A DNA stretch of 64,000 nucleotides, taken from Verrucomicrobiota bacterium. GTDB taxonomy: Bacteria; Verrucomicrobiota; Verrucomicrobiia; Opitutales; Cerasicoccaceae. The translations under genes were made by a program, and so were the position numbers. The stretch lies in the NCBI GenBank assembly GCA_039818205.1, contig JBCBUK010000003.1:128001-192000 (forward strand), given 5' to 3'. The notes under the pieces were generated by a model that saw only the letters and a program-made list of their open reading frames with translations, was not told where the DNA came from and did no database searches. Shown one piece after another: positions 29,076 to 39,103 of the stretch. Within the stretch, counting starts at the first letter, position 1. The number at the start of each line of letters is the position of its first letter.

Positions 29076-30326
29076 CTATCGAACTGATTGCGATTGCCAA
29101 TCGGCTAGTAGCTGGACTCCAGCTCCCGATGGAGATTCGCCCGCAACGCTTCCGCAAAAAGCGCGATCATACTGGCAGTAGGTGCGCTCCAAGTTCGGGT
29201 GGACGAAAATAAGAGATAATTGGTAGCGACCAGGGTTTAGCGAAAGGGAATCAACGGTTAGCTTGAGCGTGGTTTCACCTTGCTTGGCATCGAAGTAATA
29301 ACCGGCATTCTCTTTTCGATCAACGACGTCCAATACGGGGATCAAGTCTTGGTTCCAAAACAGCACCTGGGCTCGCGCACCCGGCAGGTCATGCTTAATG
29401 CGGATTCGGGTTTCGACTTCAAATTTGCCGTGCTGGGGGATGGAAAAATTTCCTTCCAGCTGGCAGGTGTCCGTAGCGGTTGTCACCTTCGCTTCGATGA
29501 CTTCAATTTCGCCCGAGCCAGCAACGCTGGACTCACCGGAACCAAACAGATTGAAATAGGTTTCGACTCCTTTGCCGACATCAGCGCCATTGAATTGGGC
29601 TTCGCCCTTCTTCATGACCAACATGTGGTTGCACACGCGGAGAATCTGAGGCATCGAGTGCGAGACGAAGACAACCGCAGAATTCTTGAGCATATTGCTC
29701 ATGGCACTCAGGCATTTGTGCCGAAACCCAACGTCGCCGACCGCCAGAACTTCATCCAGTAGCAAGACATCGGGTTTTAGTTGAGCCGCGACGGCAAAGC
29801 CAAGCCGAACCTTCATTCCCGAGCTGTAATTCTGAACCGGCGTGTCGATTGCGGGTGCTATCTCAGCGAAGTCCACGATCTCATCAAAGCACTTGGTGAT
29901 CTCTCGTTTGCTGATTCCTAAGAGCGCGCCCTGGTTATAAATGTTCTCACGACCAGTTAAAATTGGGCTAAAGCCAGCGCTCAACTCGATCAGAGCACAA
30001 ACCCGGCCACGCATCGTAATCCGTCCCGTGTCTGGTTTGATCAGTTGGTTCAGGATTTTTAGCAGCGTACTTTTTCCAGCCCCGTTATGACCTACGAGGC
30101 CGAGACAATCGCCTCGTTTGAGCGAAAAATTAATATCCGATACCGCCCAGAACTCTTGATCACGTAGCGGAGGCTTGGCTTCGCCGGTTTCCCATTTCGA
30201 TCCATCATTGCTGAATGGATTTACCGCGTGGCCAATGTCTTTTACCCCGTAAAAAAGCGATTTTTTCAGCGAGCGGCAGAATTTTTTTCCGACGTTTTCG
30301 GCGACAATGAGCGGTTCTTCAGGCAC
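29076..30326 (-). CDS. wzt: Polysaccharide ABC transporter ATPase with C-terminal Wzt_C domain
   Basis: GHNGAGKST, LTGRENI, YSSGMKVRLGFA, LLLDEVLAVGD, plus about 140 aa C-terminal extension. Confidence 0.92.
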   Translation of the reverse strand: MPEEPLIVAENVGKKFCRSLKKSLFYGVKDIGHAVNPFSNDGSKWETGEAKPPLRDQEFWAVSDINFSLKRGDCLGLVGHNGAGKSTLLKILNQLIKPDTGRITMRGRVCALIELSAGFSPILTGRENIYNQGALLGISKREITKCFDEIVDFAEIAPAIDTPVQNYSSGMKVRLGFAVAAQLKPDVLLLDEVLAVGDVGFRHKCLSAMSNMLKNSAVVFVSHSMPQILRVCNHMLVMKKGEAQFNGADVGKGVETYFNLFGSGESSVAGSGEIEVIEAKVTTATDTCQLEGNFSIPQHGKFEVETRIRIKHDLPGARAQVLFWNQDLIPVLDVVDRKENAGYYFDAKQGETTLKLTVDSLSLNPGRYQLSLIFVHPNLERTYCQYDRAFCGSVAGESPSGAGVQLLADWQSQSVR

Positions 30327-30343
30327 TTTTTTGGAGAAATCGG

Positions 30344-31186
30344 TTAGGCTGAGAGTCTTTCAACAAGATAGGGTACCGTAATTTTAAAGATGAACACTCC
30401 CAAGATTAGGGCTACGATACTCACAAGGAAAATAGCAATGAATGGGCCGGTGAGAATTGGGCCGTCACCAATGACCCAAGAGCGCGCTGTCGCCAATAAA
30501 GGTGTCACCGGATTGATGTCGCTGACAAACTTTGCCAACCCACCTTTGGGGAGCGGGTAAATGACTGGAGTCAAAAAGAATGCAAGCCGGAGAAGCAGCT
30601 GGATGGCTCGGCTGACGTCCGTATATAGCGTGGCGATCGGGAGCAGAAAAACGGCGAATGCCGCCCCCAATACCAGTAGCGCGAGCAAGCCAATCGGAAA
30701 AAGCAGTAGGCCGGATTGCAGGGGGACTTTGTAGTAGAGCAGCGTCGGAAATAGCAGCAAGAACGGTGCAACCGCATTTAGCGACGCTTTGCCAAACGCT
30801 GAAATCAAGAGCGCCTCATGCGGGATGTTTATTTTTGCAATCAGTGTCCGGGCTTCAATGAGAGCCGTTAGGACGCCTAGGACCATCGAATTGAAGGCGA
30901 GCCAAAGGAGATTTCCGGTTAGAACGAAAAGTGGGTAGGGGACGTTGCCGGTGTCGACTGAGATCACCTTTTGCTGGTTTAGGTAGATCCAAATCATCGT
31001 GTTCGCGATGGGTGGCAGGAAGATCCAAGCATATCCAAGGAGACTTTGCCGGTACATCGTACGGACATCCCGTATAAACATCCGAGTTGCGAGCTCTCGT
31101 GTCGTGCCCGCATTGGCAATCATCGAGCGGGCGGTGTGGCGAAAGGCATCAAGGCCCGAGTCGGGTGAGATTATAGTTTCTTTCAC
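30344..31186 (-). CDS. wzm: Polysaccharide ABC transporter permease
   Basis: RD..YRQSLLGYAW..LPP, FFLTPVIYP, INP; 6 TM. Confidence 0.92.
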   Translation of the reverse strand: MKETIISPDSGLDAFRHTARSMIANAGTTRELATRMFIRDVRTMYRQSLLGYAWIFLPPIANTMIWIYLNQQKVISVDTGNVPYPLFVLTGNLLWLAFNSMVLGVLTALIEARTLIAKINIPHEALLISAFGKASLNAVAPFLLLFPTLLYYKVPLQSGLLLFPIGLLALLVLGAAFAVFLLPIATLYTDVSRAIQLLLRLAFFLTPVIYPLPKGGLAKFVSDINPVTPLLATARSWVIGDGPILTGPFIAIFLVSIVALILGVFIFKITVPYLVERLSA

Positions 31187-31399
31187 GCTGCTAGTTCTCG
31201 AAAAAGGGCTCTAAATAGTCTTGGATTCTCCACGCTGCCGCCTCAGGTCAGATTCAGCATATCGCCAAAAAACCCGTCTGAATCAGAGCAATAGTGGAGC
31301 ATCGGCACGAATACCTTAAAGTGTTCAATACAAAATGAACAAAACGATCGCTGTCAAACCCGTTATCGGCGCAACCTGTTTTGGTGCCATCGCGATTGG

Positions 31400-32182
31400 C
31401 TATATTGCCGCTTGCTGATTCTGTTTCAGCATCTCGAGGAACCGGTACTCAGGATCTAAGCGCTCACGCAATGTCTCGATTGCCTGGTCAGGAAAGGGGC
31501 GGTCGCTGGTTTTTTTGCGATGTTGGGTGGGTAGGGTCAGCCCAAGATATTTGCCAAGATCGTCGAGATTTTCTTGGAGATTTTCGGTAAAGAGTATCCG
31601 GTCGATTTTTTGGCAAGAGTTCAAAGCTTCCTGGATATCAAGAGCTTCCGAAAACATGAAGAGCTGGTTCAGCAGCCGATCCCCGGGAATGTTGTGAGCG
31701 AAATCCTCAAGTGAACTCCCCATCCAAGCCCCTTCGGTTTTCATACAGGGGTGATCGATTTTCGATTCCTCATAATGCTTGAGCATCTTGTAATGGGAGA
31801 GAACGCGTTTTATCGGATCACGGAAACAAGTGATGGTGAAGGTCTTTGGAGGCAGATTGAGGCCCCAAAACGGGTTATGGGAGAACGCAAAGAAGTAATT
31901 CCCGGCTTGGATTTTTTCGAACTCCCAGCCCTGGTAGACAAATCCATTGCATTCGACCAGGTGATCTGGCGCTGCAATAATATCATCGTAGATTTTTTGG
32001 TCGTCCCCGCCTGAGGCCGCCATAAACGCGTGATTGATCGACGATCCAGCCGTTTTGCGAATGTGAACATGGTAGATCCGCTCGTTCCCTCCCGGAATCG
32101 ATACGGGTGCCCGATAGCTTGGTTCGGGCCTATCTTGCTGGGTAGATCGAGGGAGGAGACGGTTGATGATACGTTTGAGCAT
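31400..32182 (-). CDS. Sulfotransferase family protein
   Basis: YHVHIRKTAGSS (5'-PSB) and FRDPIKRVLSHY (3'-PB); ATG 32182 preferred to the track start 32233. Confidence 0.8.
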   Translation of the reverse strand: MLKRIINRLLPRSTQQDRPEPSYRAPVSIPGGNERIYHVHIRKTAGSSINHAFMAASGGDDQKIYDDIIAAPDHLVECNGFVYQGWEFEKIQAGNYFFAFSHNPFWGLNLPPKTFTITCFRDPIKRVLSHYKMLKHYEESKIDHPCMKTEGAWMGSSLEDFAHNIPGDRLLNQLFMFSEALDIQEALNSCQKIDRILFTENLQENLDDLGKYLGLTLPTQHRKKTSDRPFPDQAIETLRERLDPEYRFLEMLKQNQQAAI

Positions 32183-32361
32183 CCGAAGAAATTCAGTTCC
32201 TTCATGGCATGTTCGTTGCTTCAGCTGAAGCAAGCATTTTTACCCTAAACAACCAAACCCCGATACCGGATTCCCATGGATCATATAAGAGCTTTCCTTG
32301 TCAGATGGGAAAACAACCTTGTCAAATCAGCTCTGCCGGATTATATCTGTGCGGTTTATCA

Positions 32362-33006
32362 ATGATGAATTTCTCAACAATTATTACCATCATTTTAGCG
32401 TTTGCTTCGGCAATGGGAACCGGATTGTTGGCTCAGGATGGCAGCTCGGCGGCTGCCTCTGGCGGCGCTCCCCAGGCGCTCCCTTCTAATTATCGCCTGA
32501 ACGTAACCGACCAAGTTACCGTCAGCGTGTTCGAGGAACCCGAGCTCACCGTGACTCAGCTAATCCCGGCCAATGGTATGATCCGAATGCCATTGCTTGG
32601 CGAGATTAGCCTCCTCGGTTTGACGATTCGCGAGGCTGAATATAAAGTGCAAAACGCATACATCGATGCTCGGTTACTACGGAAACCTCAGGTTTATATT
32701 ACCGTTTCCGGATATGTAGCCCGAGAGTTTTCAATCTTCGGGCAGGTTTCCGGGCAGGGCCAAATTCCTTTCCCAATCGAACGTGACTCAATGGATATCG
32801 TTGAGGCGATTGCTCGCTCCGGCGGATTCACCGGGATTGCTCGCAGTTCTGCGGTTCGGATTACCCGAAAAGATGCAGCTGGGCATGAGGAGAACATCAT
32901 TGTGGATGTCGAAGAGCTCATCGAAGACCAAGATACGACCTCCCGCCGCGGAGAGTTTCTTGTCTATCCGGGAGATATTATCTACGTGCCGGAGCGGATA
33001 TTCTAA
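32362..33006 (+). CDS. wza: Polysaccharide export OPX protein (Poly_export + one SLBB), short non-lipidated type
   Basis: YRL..TD...VF.EPEL, G.I.MPLLG, GLT, IFGQV, EAIARSGGFT, PGDIIYVPERIF; 214 aa from ATG 32362; no lipobox Cys. Confidence 0.88.
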   Translation: MMNFSTIITIILAFASAMGTGLLAQDGSSAAASGGAPQALPSNYRLNVTDQVTVSVFEEPELTVTQLIPANGMIRMPLLGEISLLGLTIREAEYKVQNAYIDARLLRKPQVYITVSGYVAREFSIFGQVSGQGQIPFPIERDSMDIVEAIARSGGFTGIARSSAVRITRKDAAGHEENIIVDVEELIEDQDTTSRRGEFLVYPGDIIYVPERIF

Positions 33007-33100
33007 TTCCTTTTTCGACAATCGTTATTGTCAATTTGCTACCTAGTTGCATGCCCTTAAGAGGCTGGCCTGCAAAGACTTACATTACCTTACTGCAACC

Positions 33101-35350
33101 ATGAACGAATTTTCTTCAAAAAATCAATCTCCCGCAGGTCCCGCCGCCAAAGGTGGTCTGGCCATACCGGCGCCAGTGCGGAATTGGCGCGATTATCTCC
33201 TGATGATCCGCGAACGCTGGTTAATTGGTATGAGCCTAGGTCTGCTCGCATCTTGCCTGTTCGCTTATTTCGGTCTGCGGGAAGCACCAATGTATCGGTC
33301 TTCGGCTACCTTGATGATTGAGTCCAAGGCCGACCGTGTTGTGGACATTAAGGAAGTGGTTGATACCACAGTCCGGAGTGGTAGTGAACTCCAGAACCAC
33401 TTGTCGCAAATGCGGAGCCGTAGCTTCAGCCAGCGCGTGGTGCAAAGTTTCTCTGAACGCGAAGCGGGTCGAATTACTGAGCCGTACCACACCGAAAAGA
33501 GCCGCGCTGGGGTTGGTGGCGTCGTCGCCCGTAGTATGGACATCCGTTTGCCTGCTGGACAGGTTTTCTACTTTGAGTCCAAGCACCGTGACCCTGAGAT
33601 GGCGGCATTGATTGCCAATCGTTACGTCAATGAATACATCCAGTTTTTGCTCGAACGGACTACCGTTGGAGAGACCTCGGCAAATCAATTCCTCCAGGCT
33701 AAGGCCGATGAATTGAAGAAGCAGGTTAAGGACGGAGAGCAACGATTGGAGGATTTTCGACGTACTAACAACATGGTCTCTTTGGATGAGTCCCAAAACG
33801 TTATCGCTGCTCGTTTGCAGAGCTTGAATGGTGCATTGACTTCGGCCCGCGTTAGCCGCCTGGAGATCGAATCCAAGTTGCAACAGGTCGAAGCGGCGAA
33901 AACCGAAGGTGTTGAGCTGCTCGATATTCCGGTCATTGCCCAATATGGAAACATTCCCGAGCTGGTCCAGACTCATCAGGGATTGGTCGCTGAGCGAAAG
34001 ATCCTGGGAGAGCGCTATTTGGAGCGTCACCCGAAGATGATCGATAACTCGAATCGCATGGAGGTAAATCAGGATCGAATTGAAAACGTTGTCGACCAAG
34101 CGATTTCCGACCTCACAAACCAGCTTTCTGGAGCAAATCGGCAATTCGATAATTTGAAGCAGGAAATGGCGAACGCGGAGCAGGAATCTTTGGATTTGGA
34201 TGAAATGCGTATCAGCTATAACGCGATTGCCCGTGAAGTGGATAGCTCGCGAAAACTCTACAACCAGATTTTGTCTCGAATGCACGAGACCACTATTTCT
34301 GCGCAGCTCGACAATACGAACGTCCGAATCTTAGATGAAGCCGTTTCTGCTGGGCGGCCATTCTCACCCGATCGCAAGGGCATTATTACCAAGGCGGTTG
34401 GACTATTCTTTATCGTATTTATTGGAGCGCCGATCCTTCTCGAATTGGTCAACAACCGCCTGCATGGCTATTGGGACATCCATGTATTCCTTCAGCGGGA
34501 GATGCTGGGCGAGATTCCTCGATCCAATCGTGTAGATCCCGACAAGCTACCCGTTGCTGTCCGGGATGAACTCAATGATTCGATCAGTGAGTCCTTCCGG
34601 GTCCTCTATGGTCAGATTACCATGCTTTCTGAGCGCGATTTCCCGAAGTCGATTCTCATTACCAGTACCGTTCCAGGTGAGGGTAAGTCGACGGTGATCT
34701 CTAATTTGGCTCAAACCTTTGCCAAGCACGGTAAAAAAGTCGTGCTGATCGATTTCGACCTTCGCCGTCCCGTAATTCATCGCTATTACCAGACCGACAA
34801 TGAAGGCGGTCTGATGAGTTGGTGGAATTCTCACCGGTCCGTTCAGGAGTCAATTCCATTGAAGCAGGATCCGGACCTTGCAATGAAGGAAATGGACACG
34901 AACCTTTCCGTTTTAACATCCGGAGGATCTTCGAAGAACGCCACGGAGCTGTTGTCTGATCCAAAGTTTTCGGAACTGTTGTTCCAGCTGAAGAAGGAGT
35001 TTGATCTTGTTCTTATCGATACACCGCCTGCCGGAATCTTCGTCGAAACCCTCCAGTTGGGCGAACTTGTTGATGAGGTGATTTATATCGCTCGGCAGAA
35101 CGCGGTTAACCGGAACAAGGCGAAGCGGGTTCTTCAAGACTTCGACCGAATCGGGGTTTCGGTGCTTGGTATCATCTTGAACTCGGTCAAGGGATCCGGT
35201 GCTCAGCGCTATGGTTATTACGGCTATTCCTACAGTTCGACCGATTATGTCTACCGCTACTACCAGCGTCGTGACCGTAAGGAAAAGAAGAACGATAAGA
35301 AGCCCAGCAAGAAAGCTAAGGAGAAGAACGAAGAAACCGTGCTCAGCTAA
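33101..35350 (+). CDS. wzc: Polysaccharide co-polymerase / BY tyrosine kinase
   Basis: Two TMs flanking a coiled-coil periplasmic domain; Walker A PGEGKST, A' IDFDLRRP, B IDTPP; Tyr cluster YGYYGYSY..DYVYRYY; ATG 33101. Confidence 0.93.
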   Translation: MNEFSSKNQSPAGPAAKGGLAIPAPVRNWRDYLLMIRERWLIGMSLGLLASCLFAYFGLREAPMYRSSATLMIESKADRVVDIKEVVDTTVRSGSELQNHLSQMRSRSFSQRVVQSFSEREAGRITEPYHTEKSRAGVGGVVARSMDIRLPAGQVFYFESKHRDPEMAALIANRYVNEYIQFLLERTTVGETSANQFLQAKADELKKQVKDGEQRLEDFRRTNNMVSLDESQNVIAARLQSLNGALTSARVSRLEIESKLQQVEAAKTEGVELLDIPVIAQYGNIPELVQTHQGLVAERKILGERYLERHPKMIDNSNRMEVNQDRIENVVDQAISDLTNQLSGANRQFDNLKQEMANAEQESLDLDEMRISYNAIAREVDSSRKLYNQILSRMHETTISAQLDNTNVRILDEAVSAGRPFSPDRKGIITKAVGLFFIVFIGAPILLELVNNRLHGYWDIHVFLQREMLGEIPRSNRVDPDKLPVAVRDELNDSISESFRVLYGQITMLSERDFPKSILITSTVPGEGKSTVISNLAQTFAKHGKKVVLIDFDLRRPVIHRYYQTDNEGGLMSWWNSHRSVQESIPLKQDPDLAMKEMDTNLSVLTSGGSSKNATELLSDPKFSELLFQLKKEFDLVLIDTPPAGIFVETLQLGELVDEVIYIARQNAVNRNKAKRVLQDFDRIGVSVLGIILNSVKGSGAQRYGYYGYSYSSTDYVYRYYQRRDRKEKKNDKKPSKKAKEKNEETVLS

Positions 35351-35408
35351 GCGAGCACGGCGCGTGGGCCGGGCGGATCCCGGCGAAGACAGCGCGGCTG
35401 GAGAATTT

Positions 35409-36287
35409 TTAGTCCGAGCTCAAGAGGGTCGCAAGGTAGCGCCCGTAATCACTGTTTGCTCGCTCCTGTGCGAGTTTGCTTAGTGCCTCGTCGCTGATCC
35501 AGTCGTTTCGCCAGGCAATTTCTTCGGGGCACGAAATCTTCAGCCCCTGACGCTTTTCCAAAGAGTGGACAAATTGGGCGGCTTCAACGAGTGATTCTGG
35601 CGTGCCGGTATCGAGCCACGCATAGCCGCGCCCCATTGTTTTCACCTGTAGTTCGCCTTCTTGCAAATAGCGCTCCATTAGCGAGGTGATTTCTAGTTCA
35701 CCACGGGCCGACGGTTTGACTTCGGAGGCATAGTCGCTCGCATTTCCATCGAAATAGTAAAGTCCGACGAGAGCGTAGTTGGATTTCGGAACGGCTGGTT
35801 TTTCTTCGATCGAAACAACTTTGCCTGATTGGGCAAATTCAACAACCCCATATCGGCCTGGATCGCTAACGCGATAGGCAAACACGGTGGCGCCATTGCG
35901 GGTGTCGCCCGCAGTTTGGAGCAGATTCGATAGGCCGTGCCCATAGAACACATTGTCTCCGAGGACGAGTGTGCTTGGTTTTCCGGCCAGGAACTCTCGC
36001 CCGATCAGGAACGCTTGGGCAAGCCCCTCAGGTTTCGGTTGCTCGGCGTATCGAATCGAGATGCCCCATTTGGAACCGTCGCCCAGTAGGCTCTCATACA
36101 TTGGCAGATCGCGTGGAGTCGATATCAACAGTATGTCTTGAATTCCCGATAGCATCAACGTGCTAAGCGGGTAATAAACCATCGGCTTATCGTAAATCGG
36201 CAGTAACTGTTTGCTGAGGGCGTATGTGCAGGGATAGAGCCTTGAGCCAGCTCCACCCGCCAATATGATACCTTTTCTGGAGCTCAT
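35409..36287 (-). CDS. rfbA: Glucose-1-phosphate thymidylyltransferase
   Basis: [55 protein letters not shown]. Confidence 0.97.
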   Translation of the reverse strand: MSSRKGIILAGGAGSRLYPCTYALSKQLLPIYDKPMVYYPLSTLMLSGIQDILLISTPRDLPMYESLLGDGSKWGISIRYAEQPKPEGLAQAFLIGREFLAGKPSTLVLGDNVFYGHGLSNLLQTAGDTRNGATVFAYRVSDPGRYGVVEFAQSGKVVSIEEKPAVPKSNYALVGLYYFDGNASDYASEVKPSARGELEITSLMERYLQEGELQVKTMGRGYAWLDTGTPESLVEAAQFVHSLEKRQGLKISCPEEIAWRNDWISDEALSKLAQERANSDYGRYLATLLSSD

Positions 36288-36309
36288 AGCAGTGGCAGTT
36301 GATGGTCAG

Positions 36310-37200
36310 TTAAAGGGAAGCTGGGGAGGCTTCGGCGATCCAGTTCTTGAGGGAGGTCTCAAGCGCTTCCTCGACTGGGCGAATCGGAATGCCAGCATTG
36401 ATCAACTTGCTGCTGTCCAAAACGCAATTGGAACGGGGTGCCGAAGCGGCTTTTTGCATAAAGGTTTCTTCGTCGGGAAAAAACGTGAACGCTTTGTTGG
36501 GGGCGAGAAATTTCTGGATCATTGCCGTGACTTCGCTGGAAAGCACCGAACCGGTATTGGTGATGTTGTAGGTGCCGAAGGGAACTCGTTTTTCCCAAGT
36601 GAGCGAGCAGGCCTGTGCAAATTCATCCAAATGGGTGATGGAGTTCCGGGCTTCCAGAAGTGTGGAGTAGCGCATCAACTTTGAGAGATAGTTGCGCGGT
36701 GAGTCCTCGTGGTTGAAGGGAATGCGTAGGCGCCAAATGAAGCAGTTTGGGTCGTTGGCCAGGGCTTCTTCAGCGAGAGCCTTGGTTCCGGAATAATAGC
36801 TACAATTGTTCTGGCGAAACGAAAAATTGGGCGGATCTTCCTCGGTGAAGCCTGAGCCGTCCGGGCGGGAGCCCGTAAAGATGCATCCCGATGAAACGTG
36901 GCCCCAGGGTAGGTTAAACTCTGTGCAGACTTCGGAAACCCACCCGGGGAAAACAGCGTTGCCGAACAGGCAATTGGCTTGATCCGTTTCGCAAGCATCC
37001 ACGTTTGGTTTGCCGGTATAGCCCGCGGCGTTGACTAAAAAGGTCGGCTTCGATTCTTCGATGAGACGCCGCAGTTCCGAAGAGCGGGTATAGTCGATTT
37101 GCTGCCGTGAGGCAGCAACATACTCGAGGTTGCGGTTTTCAAAGTAGCGGACGAAGGCTTGGCCAACGTATCCAGTAGCGCCGAGGATTAGAACTTTCAT
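36310..37200 (-). CDS. NDP-4-keto-6-deoxyglucose reductase, RmlD superfamily, NRS/ER (3,5-epimerase/4-reductase)-like
   Basis: GATGYVG; AAGYTGKPNVDACE, SSGCIF, FTEEDPPNF, YYSGTK, PRNYLSKL, APRSNCVLD; lies between rfbB and rfbA. Confidence 0.85.
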   Translation of the reverse strand: MKVLILGATGYVGQAFVRYFENRNLEYVAASRQQIDYTRSSELRRLIEESKPTFLVNAAGYTGKPNVDACETDQANCLFGNAVFPGWVSEVCTEFNLPWGHVSSGCIFTGSRPDGSGFTEEDPPNFSFRQNNCSYYSGTKALAEEALANDPNCFIWRLRIPFNHEDSPRNYLSKLMRYSTLLEARNSITHLDEFAQACSLTWEKRVPFGTYNITNTGSVLSSEVTAMIQKFLAPNKAFTFFPDEETFMQKAASAPRSNCVLDSSKLINAGIPIRPVEEALETSLKNWIAEASPASL

Positions 37201-37210
37201 CAGTGGTAGA

Positions 37211-38311
37211 TCAGGCGCTTGGTGTAACTGCTATCCCTTGGCGTTCAAGCTTGTAGTTGCCCGAAAGGATCGATTCCCACCATTCCTGGTTGTCCAAATA
37301 CCATTGAACCGTCTTCCGCATGCCCGATTGATTGTTCTCGGCGGGCTCCCAGTCGAGCTCGCTCTTGATCTTACGCGCATCGATGGCATACCGAAAATCG
37401 TGCCCCGGGCGATCCTGTACAAAGGTGATCAATTCGGCATAGCTAGAAATTTTGGAGCCCGGTGGGTGGGGGCGCAGCTCATCGAGAATCGCGCAAATGT
37501 CCCGAACGAGGTCAATGTTTTGGCGCTCATTATTGCCTCCGATATTATAAGTCTCGCCGGCTTGGCCCGCTTGGGCGACTCGGAGGAGGGCGCGACAATG
37601 GTCCTCAACATATAGCCAATCGCGGACATTCTCTCCCGTCCCGTACACAGGGATCGGGTCACCACGAAGGCATTTTAGGATGACCACCGGAATCAGCTTC
37701 TCTGGAAACTGGAAGGGGCCGTAGTTGTTCGAGCAGTTGGTGACCATAACTGGCATTCCGTAGGTGCTCTTCCAAGCGCGGGCGAGGTGGTCCGATGCTG
37801 CTTTGCTGGCGGAGTAGGGCGAGTGAGGATCGTAGCGGGTGGTCTCGCAAAAGGCGTCGTCCCCAAGGTCTAGCGAGCCGTAAACTTCGTCGGTGGACAC
37901 ATGGATGAACCGAAAGTCCTGACTCTTGTCGATGCTGCGCCACCAACTTAAAGCGGCCTGGAGCAAATTGAATGTACCGACTACGTTGGTATCGATAAAC
38001 TGCCCAGCGCCATCAATCGAGCGGTCCACGTGTGACTCAGCAGCCAAGTGAAACACGGCGGTCGGTTGATAGCGGGCCATGCCCTGCATGACAGCTTCTG
38101 CGTCGGTAATATCGATTTCTTCGAGCTGGTAGCGCCCATGGTTTTCCACGTCGACCAGCGAGTGGCGATTGCCAGCGTAGGTAAAGCAGTCCCAATTGAC
38201 TATTTTCGCGTTGGTGTCCCGTAACAGGAGCCGAACCAAATTGGATCCGATGAATCCTGCACCGCCGGTGACAATGAATACCTCATCCGATAGCTGGGTC
38301 GATGTGGGCAT
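37211..38311 (-). CDS. rfbB: dTDP-glucose 4,6-dehydratase
   Basis: [60 protein letters not shown] 38311. Confidence 0.97.
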   Translation of the reverse strand: MPTSTQLSDEVFIVTGGAGFIGSNLVRLLLRDTNAKIVNWDCFTYAGNRHSLVDVENHGRYQLEEIDITDAEAVMQGMARYQPTAVFHLAAESHVDRSIDGAGQFIDTNVVGTFNLLQAALSWWRSIDKSQDFRFIHVSTDEVYGSLDLGDDAFCETTRYDPHSPYSASKAASDHLARAWKSTYGMPVMVTNCSNNYGPFQFPEKLIPVVILKCLRGDPIPVYGTGENVRDWLYVEDHCRALLRVAQAGQAGETYNIGGNNERQNIDLVRDICAILDELRPHPPGSKISSYAELITFVQDRPGHDFRYAIDARKIKSELDWEPAENNQSGMRKTVQWYLDNQEWWESILSGNYKLERQGIAVTPSA

Positions 38312-38404
38312 GTCGCGCAATAATGGGTTGAAGGCGCTTCGAGCCAAGCTCCAATTTTGGCGCTCGCTGAGGCAAGTCCCTCAACCCATCATTGGCTTCT
38401 ACTC

Positions 38405-39097
38405 TTAATCCAGGTCGAACCAAAGAAACTCGCCGGCTTCGGCTGCTTCGACTGAAACTGAGGGTTCATCCGCGATTGCCAGAGCATCCCCTGGCTCAAG
38501 TTGATGCTCACCGACCGAGAAGCGTCCGCGGGTTATGTGCAAGAAAGCTCGATTGCGATTTAACGGCAGCTCAAGGACTGAGCCGGTTTCGAGCTGGCCT
38601 CGATAGAGTTCTGAGTCGGCGTGCCAGGCGATGGGTGGGTCAACGGTTCCATCACCGCTGGCAACCAGCTGCATACCAGTGGCTTTTGGGATTGATTTGA
38701 ACTCTGTGTAGTGTGGCTCGGTGTCGAGCTGGTTCGGCAGAATCCAGATCTGAATGAAGTGGGCACGGTTTTCTTTGGATGGGTTGAATTCGCTATGGGT
38801 CACCCCGCGTCCAGCGCTCATGTACTGGAACGATCCAGGCATTATCGTGCCCCCGTTACCCATGCTATCGCGGTGTTCGAGCTCGCCTTCGAGCACGTAA
38901 CTGACGATCTCAGCGTTGCGATGGGGATGGGTCCCAAAGCCTTTGCCTTCCGCGACCCAGTCGTCGTTGAGGACGCGCAGGGCCCCCCATTGGGTGCGTT
39001 CGGGATCTTGATAGCTCCCAAAGGAGAAGCTGTGGCGACTGTCCAACCAGCCGATGTTGGTGGAGCCGCGTGAGTTGGATGTGCGTTTTTCGATCAT
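38405..39097 (-). CDS. Pirin family protein (YhhW-like quercetinase)
   Basis: WLDSRHSFSF, LRVLNDD, GFGTHPH, E, HRDSMGN, QYMSAG.GVTHSE; ATG 39097. Confidence 0.93.
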   Translation of the reverse strand: MIEKRTSNSRGSTNIGWLDSRHSFSFGSYQDPERTQWGALRVLNDDWVAEGKGFGTHPHRNAEIVSYVLEGELEHRDSMGNGGTIMPGSFQYMSAGRGVTHSEFNPSKENRAHFIQIWILPNQLDTEPHYTEFKSIPKATGMQLVASGDGTVDPPIAWHADSELYRGQLETGSVLELPLNRNRAFLHITRGRFSVGEHQLEPGDALAIADEPSVSVEAAEAGEFLWFDLD

Positions 39098-39103
39098 GGA
39101 AAT

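Noticed and set aside
33236..34285. 349-aa antisense ORF within wzc
   Set aside because: Shadow frame of a coding gene with no motifs.
35351..35408. GCCGGG-cggat-CCCGGC hairpin between convergent wzc and rfbA
   Set aside because: Short stem with no adjacent U-tract on either strand; too weak to call a terminator.
1..38400. PEP-CTERM/exosortase genes within the glycan locus
   Set aside because: No VPEP-TM-basic tail or exosortase motif was seen in this window.
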